Positions 1 through 7,496 of a DNA stretch of 19,024 bases are shown in pieces. The notes under the pieces were generated by a model that worked only from the letters and a program-made list of their open reading frames with translations, did no database searches and was not told where the DNA came from. The stretch is taken from positions 1 to 19,024 of the forward strand of contig CAXTKV010000093.1 of assembly GCA_964244895.1 (NCBI GenBank). Reading direction: 5' to 3'. The DNA comes from an uncultured Deinococcales bacterium (GTDB lineage: Bacteria > Deinococcota > Deinococci > Deinococcales > JAAFIG01). The first letter of the stretch is position 1. Each line of letters opens with the position of its first letter. A program made the position numbers and the translations under genes.

Positions 1-866
1 GCCCCTCCGGTGCACTCGAGTACGACGTGGTGGGCGCGCTGGGCGTGCGGAAGGATCAGGGCGCGCGCGTGGAGCCACAGGAGCCGCCAGCGACCAGGAT
101 CGCGTGCTCGAAAGTGCCGGGGGACGGCTTCAAGCTCGAGTGCCTGGCTCGGGTCAGCCCCGCTATGGTCATGGCATCTCAGGCCTGGGGTCAGGACTTG
201 TCGCTGGTGCGCGCCGAGTGCGCCACCTGCCGTCTGGGTGGCCCGAGCGTGCCCGAAAGCCTGGAGAACGTGATCTCAATCGCGCGCGAGTACCGCAAGA
301 ACCTGTCCGATGAACCGATGCGGGTGACGGTCTACGAGTTCAAGAACGGCGCTGAACGCCCGCTCGAGGAGGCTGAACCCGAGAACGCCAAAACCATTCC
401 GGTCGCGCCGAAACCCTCCGTCTCGAGGCGAGACGCGCTGGGATCGTTGTTCACCAGCGCCAAACGAGGCGTTTCGTATGCGATTCCTGAAACGCCGCTG
501 CCCGGAATTGACGCCAGCATCCCGGTCAAACCCGTGCCGGACGAGTGGATCTGGCGCAAAAAGACGCTCAGGCCGCGCCCAGCCGACCAGGGCGCGCAGT
601 ACTGGCCCGCCCCGAGCGTCAATCAGGATTGCATTTTCTGTCCGGTCTGCCAGAACGTCTGCCCGACCTCTGCGATCACCCGCAACCTCGAGAGCGATGG
701 GTCGTTCAGGATCACGATGCAGATGGATGCCTGCACCGGCTGCAACGCTTGCGTCGTGTCCTGCCCGCCGGACGCGATGAAACTCGATCCGGAGACGGTC
801 TTTTCACGGCTTTCAGAGGTGGTGCTGCTGCGCGAAGGGCATCATCTGGAAGGCCCGCAACCCTGA
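1..866 (+). CDS. 4Fe-4S dicluster (polyferredoxin-like) protein, 5'-truncated by the window edge
   Basis: Two C-terminal ferredoxin motifs, CIFCPVCQNVCP and CTGCNACVVSCP. The frame is open from position 3 (PSGALEYD, the typical tail of another ferredoxin motif), so the true start lies upstream of the window. Confidence 0.85.
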   Translation, partial: PSGALEYDVVGALGVRKDQGARVEPQEPPATRIACSKVPGDGFKLECLARVSPAMVMASQAWGQDLSLVRAECATCRLGGPSVPESLENVISIAREYRKNLSDEPMRVTVYEFKNGAERPLEEAEPENAKTIPVAPKPSVSRRDALGSLFTSAKRGVSYAIPETPLPGIDASIPVKPVPDEWIWRKKTLRPRPADQGAQYWPAPSVNQDCIFCPVCQNVCPTSAITRNLESDGSFRITMQMDACTGCNACVVSCPPDAMKLDPETVFSRLSEVVLLREGHHLEGPQP

Positions 867-954
867 TACGAGCCTCAAGTCAGTGTTTTGTAAGAAACTT
901 CGCACTAGTCTCATTCTTGAAAAGCCCCATCGAGGGTTCATGCAGGAGGAAGAC

Positions 955-1089
955 TTGAAAAAACGTGTGCTGATGATCATCGGCTTGAGCCTACTGATTG
1001 GAAGTCTGGCATCCGCCGGTTCCGTTTCACTCCGCGTTGCACCGATTATCGCCCCCAAGTTGATCAGTTGTGGCGGAAACGGCTGCTGA
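955..1089 (+). CDS. Small secreted peptide precursor, 44 aa (MKKRVLMIIGLSLLIGSLASA-GSVSLRVAPIIAPKLISCGGNGC)
   Basis: AGGAGG SD at 944-949, 5 nt before TTG 955. Sec-type signal peptide: KKR n-region, hydrophobic core, A-S-A cleavage motif. An intrinsic terminator follows 17 nt after the stop. Confidence 0.75.
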   Translation: MKKRVLMIIGLSLLIGSLASAGSVSLRVAPIIAPKLISCGGNGC

Positions 1090-1106
1090 TTTTGGCGTCG
1101 TTCGCG

Positions 1107-1135
1107 GGGAACCGGGTTGACCCGGTTCCCTTTTT
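1107..1135 (+). terminator. Rho-independent terminator of the peptide gene
   Basis: Perfect 10-bp stem GGGAACCGGG / CCCGGTTCCC, TTGA loop, followed by TTTTT. Confidence 0.85.
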
Positions 1136-1182
1136 CCTTGATGGTTTCGTAAGGTTTGGTATGGCAGAATCGAGTGAGCATC

Positions 1183-2904
1183 ATGGACACCGACCCACAC
1201 GTCACGGAAGTGCAAAACCGTGAAGATCTGAACCCTCGAGAGCGGATGGATTCGCTGCTCGAGCGGTCCGAATCGATGTGGGCGACCGATCCGGCGCGTT
1301 CCCTCGAGATGGCCAACCAGGCCGTCGGTCTGGCCAGAAGCCTCGAAGATGATCTGGGGCTGGCCAAGGGGTTGCGTTTCGCGGGAAAGAACCACCACTC
1401 GCTTTCGAACCATTCCAGGGCGCTGACGAACCTGCTCGAATCCCTCGAACGCTTTCGGTTGCTCGAGAACCGATCCCAGCAGGTGGCGTGCCTGAACGAG
1501 ATCGGGCAGGTGCATTCCAGCGTCGGGGAGTACGAAGCAGCCATCGAGCATTTCGAACGGGCGCTTCGGTTGGCGCGTTCGATCAACTCTGAACGCGGCG
1601 AGATCGTCTCGATCTTCTCGATCGCAGAAATTTACAAGAAGCTCGGCAAGCACATCGAAGCCTTCACGTCCTACTCGCGCAGCTTAGAGCTTTCCGAAGG
1701 GCTGGGTTTTCAATCCGGTATCGCCTGGACGTTGCGGCACCTGGGTGAACTGCACGTGCTGTTCGGCGCTTCTTACGCCGCGCAGGGCGAGTCCGAGCGC
1801 TCCGAGTTCGAGTTCTCGCAGGGTCTGGGCCTGCTCGAACGGGCGCTCGAGGCGGGGCGCAGCCTGAGCGATCCGAAGTTGGTGGTCGAGACGCTGATTC
1901 ACACCTCGAGCGCTTACATGGATCGGGGTGCTTTCGCCTTGGCTCGAGAATCCAGCCAGCACGCCCTGAAAGTAGCCCACGAATCCGAAGTGCCGTCCCT
2001 CGAAGCGACCGCCCTGACGAGCGTCGGGCGCGTGTTGTTAAGGCTGGGCGAACTGAGCGAAGCCCTCGATTCCCTGCAGCGTTCGCTGGTGATCTACGAG
2101 CAGCTCGGCATGAAGCCCGAGATCAGCCACGCGCACCGCAAACTGGCGTTGATTCTCAAGGCCAGCGGTCAGCCCGCGCTGGCGCTCGAGCATTTCGAGC
2201 GCTTCTACGAACTCGACGCGAGCATCAAGAACGAGGCCTCCGAGCGGCGCGCAGAAGTGCTTTCCGTCAAGCTCGGACTGGAGAAATCGCGCCGCGAATC
2301 TGAACTCCTTCGCGAGCGCTCGGTGGAACTGACCGCCATGAACGAACGCCTGCAGGCGCAAGCCGTGATGCTCGACCGGCAAGCCCGCGAGGACGGTCTG
2401 ACGGGCCTTTCGAACCGTCGCCACCTCGAGGAATACGCCGCGAACGCCTTCAGGGCTGCGCGCGAGCGACGCCAGGCCTTGACGGCGGTGGTGGCGGACA
2501 TCGATTATTTCAAGTCCATCAACGACCGCTTTTCGCACGCCATCGGCGACGACGTGCTGCGGGTGGTGGCGGAAATCCTGCGCGCCAACTGCCGGGAATC
2601 CGACCTGGTGGCGCGCTACGGCGGCGAGGAATTCGTGCTGCTGCTCGACGGACTGGAGGCCAGGTCGGCCTTCACGCTCTGCGAGCGCATCCGGCGCGCC
2701 GTGCAGGATTACGACTGGTCGGTCTTTCACGCGGACCTGCGCGTCACGCTCAGCCTGGGGTTGAGCGACGACCTGAGCCTCGAGAACCACGAACGCCTGT
2801 TGTCCGGCGCGGACGAGCAGCTGTACGCGGCCAAACGCGCGGGACGCAACCGCGTCTACCCGAACCTCGCGCCCGAACGCCGCGCGCTACCCTTAATGCG
2901 TTAA
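1183..2904 (+). CDS. TPR-repeat-containing diguanylate cyclase (TPR-GGDEF)
   Basis: N-terminal TPR-like repeats (e.g. ACLNEIGQVHSSVGEYEAAIEHFERALRL; TALTSVGRVLLRLGELSEALDSLQRSL), a coiled-coil linker, then a GGDEF domain with DGLTGLSNRR, DIDYFKSINDRFSHAIGD, RESD I-site and GGEEF. No TM segment or signal peptide seen. Start uncertain (TTG 1156, GTG 1174 or ATG 1183). Confidence 0.92.
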   Translation: MDTDPHVTEVQNREDLNPRERMDSLLERSESMWATDPARSLEMANQAVGLARSLEDDLGLAKGLRFAGKNHHSLSNHSRALTNLLESLERFRLLENRSQQVACLNEIGQVHSSVGEYEAAIEHFERALRLARSINSERGEIVSIFSIAEIYKKLGKHIEAFTSYSRSLELSEGLGFQSGIAWTLRHLGELHVLFGASYAAQGESERSEFEFSQGLGLLERALEAGRSLSDPKLVVETLIHTSSAYMDRGAFALARESSQHALKVAHESEVPSLEATALTSVGRVLLRLGELSEALDSLQRSLVIYEQLGMKPEISHAHRKLALILKASGQPALALEHFERFYELDASIKNEASERRAEVLSVKLGLEKSRRESELLRERSVELTAMNERLQAQAVMLDRQAREDGLTGLSNRRHLEEYAANAFRAARERRQALTAVVADIDYFKSINDRFSHAIGDDVLRVVAEILRANCRESDLVARYGGEEFVLLLDGLEARSAFTLCERIRRAVQDYDWSVFHADLRVTLSLGLSDDLSLENHERLLSGADEQLYAAKRAGRNRVYPNLAPERRALPLMR

Positions 2905-2907
2905 AAG

Positions 2908-2955
2908 ACCGTCCAGGACGGTGTTCACTGCATTTTGAGAACACCGTCCTGGACG
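2908..2955. repeat. REP-like inverted-repeat element
   Basis: 17-bp IR CGTCCAGGACGGTGTTC (2910-2926) / GAACACCGTCCTGGACG (2939-2955), just after the DGC stop. Confidence 0.8.
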
Positions 2956-3006
2956 CGAGTTCCTGGCACCTGCCCACGATGAGCGGCGGCCTCACGGCGC
3001 AAGGCA

Positions 3007-3012
3007 TAGAAT
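3007..3012 (+). promoter_or_regulatory. -10 box of a putative leaderless murI transcript
   Basis: TAGAAT 7 nt upstream of ATG 3020; no SD. Confidence 0.6.
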
Positions 3013-3019
3013 TGCGGCG

Positions 3020-3886
3020 ATGACTGCGCCCTTTTTCGCCGATGCCCCGATTGGTGTGTTCGACTCCGGTGTGGGCGGCCTGACCGTCCTCAAGGCCCTG
3101 CGCGAGCGCCTGCCGGGCGAGGATTTCATTTACGTCGGCGATACCGCTCGGCTGCCATACGGTCGCAAACCGCCGGAGATGGTGCGGCAGTTCGCCAGAG
3201 AGATCTCGAACTTCCTGGTTTCCGAGGGCGCCAAAGCCGTCGTGATCGCCTGCAATACCGCCTCGAGCTGCGCGCTACCGCAACTGGAGTTCGAGCTGCC
3301 CGTTCCGGTCTGGGGCGTGATTGACCCCGGCGTCGAGGCGGCGACGGCGGCTGGGGCCGGTGGGCGCGTCGGGATTCTGGGCACGAAAGGCACGGTCGCG
3401 TCCGGCGCGTACCAGACGCGACTCGAGGCCAGGGGGCTGGCTGTCTGGGCCAGGGCCTGCCCGATGTTCGTTCCCGTCGTCGAGGAAGGGCTGGTCAATT
3501 CCGAGGAAGCCCGTTTGCTGGTGCGGCACTACCTGTCGGATCGGCCTCAACTTTCAGCCCTGATCCTGGGATGCACGCACTACCCGATCCTGAAACCGGT
3601 GATCGCGGACTTCCTCGGGCCGGAGGTGGCCCTGGTGGACAGCGCGGAAGTCGTCTCAGAGGTGGTCGCGCGCGATCTCGAGGCGCGCGAATTGGTCAAC
3701 CCGCGCGCCCACCCTGGCGAGGTCATCCATTACGTCACCGGCGATCCCAACGCCTACCAACATACGGCTCGCGTGATCGGCGGGGTCGAGGGAGAGATGC
3801 GATTGCTCGAGATCGAGCACCTGATGGCTCACGCGCAGGAACACAGGCAAAAACCAGCTGAGAAGGTCGCCCATGCCCGACGCTAA
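3020..3886 (+). CDS. murI: Glutamate racemase
   Basis: Motifs PIGVFDSGVGGLTV, DTARLPYG, VIACNTAS and LILGCTHYP (both catalytic Cys). Confidence 0.97.
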   Translation: MTAPFFADAPIGVFDSGVGGLTVLKALRERLPGEDFIYVGDTARLPYGRKPPEMVRQFAREISNFLVSEGAKAVVIACNTASSCALPQLEFELPVPVWGVIDPGVEAATAAGAGGRVGILGTKGTVASGAYQTRLEARGLAVWARACPMFVPVVEEGLVNSEEARLLVRHYLSDRPQLSALILGCTHYPILKPVIADFLGPEVALVDSAEVVSEVVARDLEARELVNPRAHPGEVIHYVTGDPNAYQHTARVIGGVEGEMRLLEIEHLMAHAQEHRQKPAEKVAHARR

Positions 3887-4616
3887 ACCGCGCGTCGGAC
3901 GCGACCCCAAAGAATTGCGCGGCCTCGAAGTCAAGCGCGGCACCAACCGCTACGCGGAAGGTTCCGCGACCGTCAAACTGGGTCACACGCACGTCCTGTG
4001 CACCGTCACGCTGGAAAATGTCGTGCCGAACCACGTGCGCGACCGCAAGGACGCCAACGGCAAGCGCCTGCCGCCGACCGGCTGGTTGATGGCCGAATAC
4101 GCCCTGCTGCCCCGCGCCACGCACGACCGCACCCAGCGCGAGCGCCAACGCGTCGGTGGGCGCACCCAGGAAATCCAGCGCCTGCTCGGGCGGGCGTTCA
4201 GGAGCATCGTGGATCTGGATTTGTTCGCCAATAAAACCCTGGTGATCGACTGCGATGTCCTCCAGGCGGACGGTGGCACGCGCGTTACCAGCGTCCTGGC
4301 TGGATTCGCGGCGCTTTATGACCTTTCAGACAAGATGCTGCGCGCCGGAACCCTGGATGACGACCCGATCCGCGCCGAAGTCGGTGCGGTCAGCGTCGGA
4401 CTGGTCGGGGGAGAGGTGCGGTTGGATCTGGATTACGCGGAGGATTCGACCGCTACCGCCGACCTGAACGTGATCGCGACCGGTGCCGGGCAAATCATCG
4501 AGGTGCAGGGCGGGTCGGAGGGTGAGGCCATCAGCCAGGAACAATTTCTGGAGCTTCTGGCGGTCGGTATGGACGGCGTGAAAACCCTGCTCTCGAGCCT
4601 CAAATCGCAGTTGTGA
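3873..4616 (+). CDS. rph: Ribonuclease PH
   Basis: Motifs AEGSA, GWLMAEYALLPRAT, GRTQEIQRLLGR, DCDVLQADGGTR and LDLDYAEDS. Overlaps the murI end; murI-rph is a common gene pair. Confidence 0.95.
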   Translation: MPDAKPRVGRDPKELRGLEVKRGTNRYAEGSATVKLGHTHVLCTVTLENVVPNHVRDRKDANGKRLPPTGWLMAEYALLPRATHDRTQRERQRVGGRTQEIQRLLGRAFRSIVDLDLFANKTLVIDCDVLQADGGTRVTSVLAGFAALYDLSDKMLRAGTLDDDPIRAEVGAVSVGLVGGEVRLDLDYAEDSTATADLNVIATGAGQIIEVQGGSEGEAISQEQFLELLAVGMDGVKTLLSSLKSQL

Positions 4617-4632
4617 AACGTTAAACTCCGGT

Positions 4633-5094
4633 GTGGATCAGGTCGGCAAGGCGGAACTGGTCGAGCGCTTGAAGCGAGAATCCGGGCGACTGGACGATGC
4701 GATCAAACGCCTCGACCGGAACGCGCGGATTGGAGCGTGGTCGCTGGCGGAATTTCTGGCGCACCTAATCGCTCACGAGCAGCGCGCGATGAATGAAGTG
4801 CAGGCGGCCTTGCGCGGCGAGCCCTTTGCCATCGACCACGACGCGAACGACGCGTTCAATCAGGGTGCGGCCTTCTCGAGCCGCGCGTACCCATTGGCCA
4901 CGGTTTACCGGGCGTGGCTCGACTCGAGCGCGTCCGTCATCGATTTCGTCAGATCGTTGCCCGACGATGTTTTTCGAGCTCCGAACGCGGTCACACGGAT
5001 TCTCGGCGATACGGTCGATGGCGCGCTCGCCAACAACACCTACGCCCATTACGCCGAACATGTGCCGAATCTGCTCGGCCTGCTCGAGCCTTGA
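4633..5094 (+). CDS. DinB/YfiT-superfamily four-helix-bundle protein (ClbS/DfsB-like)
   Basis: WSLAEFLAHLIAHE near the N-terminus and NTYAHYAEH near the C-terminus give the His-triad pattern. TAAACT lies 5 nt upstream of the GTG. Confidence 0.75.
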   Translation: MDQVGKAELVERLKRESGRLDDAIKRLDRNARIGAWSLAEFLAHLIAHEQRAMNEVQAALRGEPFAIDHDANDAFNQGAAFSSRAYPLATVYRAWLDSSASVIDFVRSLPDDVFRAPNAVTRILGDTVDGALANNTYAHYAEHVPNLLGLLEP

Positions 5095-5106
5095 GCATTC
5101 TCCAGG

Positions 5107-5152
5107 AACACCGTCCAGCACGCGAGGATGAAGCCTCGTGCTGGACGGTGTT
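5107..5152. repeat. REP-like inverted-repeat element between convergent genes
   Basis: Perfect 16-bp IR AACACCGTCCAGCACG / CGTGCTGGACGGTGTT. Confidence 0.85.
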
Positions 5153-5155
5153 TTC

Positions 5156-5470
5156 TCAGATCGACACGTCGAGCCCGGCGATGCACTCCTCGGCCAGGGC
5201 TCGGGCGATCGGATCGCGCGTGGATCTGGCGTAACTGACGCCGACGTTCAGGCTTTCCAGGGCCGCATTCTTGTTCTCGAGGGCCAGCGTCTGATAGCGG
5301 TTCAGGTAGGCGTGCGCCATCAGCACGTCGCGTGTTCGTTCGGGCGGCAACTGGTGGAGCGCACCGAGCGCCTTGCCGTATTCGACCAGGGCACCTTCGC
5401 GGTCGCCCTCGAGCGCTTTCTCGCGCCCCGTTTTCAGGCTCATGGCGATGCTGTAAAAGACCTGACGCAT
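5156..5470 (-). CDS. Small all-helical, TPR-like hypothetical protein (104 aa)
   Basis: TPR-like helix pattern GREKALEGDREGALVEYGKAL. TAAGAT (minus strand, 5477-5482) lies 6 nt upstream of the ATG. Confidence 0.7.
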   Translation of the reverse strand: MRQVFYSIAMSLKTGREKALEGDREGALVEYGKALGALHQLPPERTRDVLMAHAYLNRYQTLALENKNAALESLNVGVSYARSTRDPIARALAEECIAGLDVSI

Positions 5471-5619
5471 GAAGCCATCTTACCGTCGGAAATCGATCAT
5501 CACCCCGCGAGCCTGAGCGCCGCGCCAGAGGCCGTCCAGGACGGCAACATCAGGCATAACGCATTCGGAATGTGGCGCACCCGATCGGCTCGAGGGTCGA
5601 AACGGTAAGCCCGAACCAT

Positions 5620-5646
5620 TTTGTAAGGTTTTACAAAGGTTCTACA
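5620..5646. promoter_or_regulatory. Candidate transcription-factor binding site
   Basis: Tandem 11-bp direct repeat AAGGTTTTACA AAGGTTCTACA (5625-5646), overlapping the palindrome TTTGTAA-GGTT-TTACAAA (5620-5637), in a divergent promoter region. Confidence 0.45.
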
Positions 5647-5730
5647 GCGTACCTTGATCCAGTACATCCGAGCGCGCAGAACACCAGATGACCGAGCTGC
5701 AAAAGTACCAAAACCGAATGGAGGAGCACC

Positions 5731-6636
5731 TTGTCCCTGTCCACGTCTCAGTTCTCGCCCCCTCTACCTCCATTTCAAGATTTGGCCTCCGTCGCGGCAG
5801 GAAAACCCCTCGGTGAACTGGCGCGCATCATCGAAGCTGGAGGGTACTCGGTCACGGTCGCCGTGCGCCAGGAGGATCGGGCGGGGCGGATTCAATTCTC
5901 GATCGGAATTCCGGTCACGGCTGAAATGGGACGGCTCTGCGCCGAAGACGCGGTGCTCGAGATGCTGAAGTGGGAAAACCCGCAGATCACGCTTCAAACC
6001 AGGCCAGTGCAGAACAACATGCCGATCATCACACCGCTGAAGAGGTTGCTCAAACCGCCTCAACTCGCACCGGACCAAGAATCAACCCCAGCTCCGAACG
6101 CCAGAGTTCAACACAAAGCCTCAGCACCAACCCCAACTCGAGAAATCGCCAGGACAAAACCGGAAGCCAGCCCAAAACCGCCAGAGACTCCAGAAAAGGC
6201 AAGTTCAACCCTGTCCGCCGCGCCAAATCAAGCCACTCGTTCTGAACCAAGGAGCAAAACCATGTCAACCGCCGTCGCATCGAACGTCAAAGAAACCCTC
6301 GCCCAGTGCATGCAAATCGAGGGCGCGCTCGGCGTGGCCATCGTGGATTACGCCAGCGGTATGGCCTTGGGCACCGCCGGCAGCGGCCTGAACCTGGATG
6401 TCGCGGCTGCGGGCAACACCAACGTGGTGCGCAGCAAGATGGTGGTCATGAAGGAACTGGGTCTGAACGATCAGATCGAGGACATCCTGATCACCCTGGG
6501 CAAGCAGTACCACCTGATCCGCATGTCGCCCAAGCACGGCAGCCTGTTCTTCTACATGGCCTTCGACAAGAACAACGCCAACCTGGCGATGGCGCGCCAC
6601 AAGCTCTCGTCCTTGGTGAACGCGCTCTCGATCTGA
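5731..6636 (+). CDS. DUF4388/PatA_N-like domain, Pro/Thr-rich linker and Roadblock/LC7 (MglB-like) domain
   Basis: GGAGGAG SD before TTG 5731. The N-terminal LGELARIIEAGG...GRIQFSIG...AEDAVLEMLKW resembles DUF4388. The C-terminal IEGALGVAIVDYASGMALG...IEDILITLGKQYHLIR...NLAMARHKL is a recognisable Roadblock-type family. Confidence 0.7.
   Translation: MSLSTSQFSPPLPPFQDLASVAAGKPLGELARIIEAGGYSVTVAVRQEDRAGRIQFSIGIPVTAEMGRLCAEDAVLEMLKWENPQITLQTRPVQNNMPIITPLKRLLKPPQLAPDQESTPAPNARVQHKASAPTPTREIARTKPEASPKPPETPEKASSTLSAAPNQATRSEPRSKTMSTAVASNVKETLAQCMQIEGALGVAIVDYASGMALGTAGSGLNLDVAAAGNTNVVRSKMVVMKELGLNDQIEDILITLGKQYHLIRMSPKHGSLFFYMAFDKNNANLAMARHKLSSLVNALSI
6262..6636 (+). CDS. Roadblock/LC7-type protein from an internal in-frame start (124 aa)
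   Basis: AAGGAG at 6249-6254, 7 nt before ATG 6262, at the domain boundary. Third-position G/C bias is stronger from here on. Confidence 0.65.
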   Translation: MSTAVASNVKETLAQCMQIEGALGVAIVDYASGMALGTAGSGLNLDVAAAGNTNVVRSKMVVMKELGLNDQIEDILITLGKQYHLIRMSPKHGSLFFYMAFDKNNANLAMARHKLSSLVNALSI

Positions 6637-6651
6637 TTCACCGGTGTTCTG

Positions 6652-6689
6652 GCGGTCGTCTCGGTTGGCTCGAGACGACCGCGTTTTTT
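6652..6689 (+). terminator. Rho-independent terminator
   Basis: 12-bp stem GCGGTCGTCTCG / CGAGACGACCGC, followed by GTTTTTT. Confidence 0.85.
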
Positions 6690-6964
6690 GTTTTCCACGA
6701 GCCTTCATGTACAAGGTTTGTAGAAGGTTTTGCGGGTCTGGCGCGTAGCCCTGAAAACGTCGTTGATCTCGAGATCACGGTATTTCCCGCATCGCTACGC
6801 GCCGTAAGTGGGCTCCAGGTACAATCCAGCCCCGAGCTGATGCGACTGTGAACCGTCCAGGACGATACAAAAGAAGCGCGGACACGTATTCTCGAGCTTG
6901 CGCTGCACGCTCGGGTGCTGCGCCTATCGTCTCGAGGTCGGTGATGTGCGGCCCGATGAAAGCG

Positions 6965-7014
6965 AGAACACCGTCCGGGATGTGGTCTGAAAAACGTGTG
7001 CTGGACGGCGTTCT
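6965..7014. repeat. REP-like inverted-repeat element
   Basis: AGAACACCGTCCGGGA ... TGCTGGACGGCGTTCT, abutting the Nudix stop. Confidence 0.75.
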
Positions 7015-7496
7015 TACAGACCTGGAACCCGCGTGCCGCCGCGACCATCCCAGCCGTTAAAGCCGTAAAACCGCCCCGCCACACCGGTCTGAAGGTAATC
7101 CATCAGCGGTTCGCGCATCGGCACCGGCCCGAGCTTGTTGATCGCCTCGTCCGGCGCGAAAAAACGTGCCTCGACGATGAAGCCGTCCGGATCGCGAGGG
7201 TTCAACAAGCCGTCCCATTCGGCATCGAAGGCGAAAACGATGGTGCGCTCGCCGCGCTGATCGTCCTCGATGTGAACGGCGTACGCGAGCTGGTTGATCT
7301 TCTTGACTTTCAAGCCCGTCTCCTCGAGCACCTCGCGTTTGACGGCCTGGAGCGCCGTCTCGCCGTGTTCGACCATGCCGCCGGGCACGGTGTAGCGCAC
7401 GCGCCCCAGACCCTGCCAGTCGTTGGCGACCAAGAGCACGCGCCCCTGGCGATCGCGCATGATGGCCGCCGCGACCAGCAATTCGCGCCGCGCCAT
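7014..7496 (-). CDS. Nudix hydrolase
   Basis: Nudix box [24 protein letters not shown]. The start overlaps the prfA stop (TGATG). Confidence 0.9.
   Translation of the reverse strand: MARRELLVAAAIMRDRQGRVLLVANDWQGLGRVRYTVPGGMVEHGETALQAVKREVLEETGLKVKKINQLAYAVHIEDDQRGERTIVFAFDAEWDGLLNPRDPDGFIVEARFFAPDEAINKLGPVPMREPLMDYLQTGVAGRFYGFNGWDGRGGTRVPGL

Noticed and set aside
883..954. Longer 68-aa or 49-aa versions of the small peptide
   Set aside because: The AGGAGG SD positions TTG 955, and only that start puts the signal peptide at the N-terminus.
6836..6856. Hammerhead-like CTGATG word
   Set aside because: It lacks the CUGAUGA core and a correctly placed GAAA.
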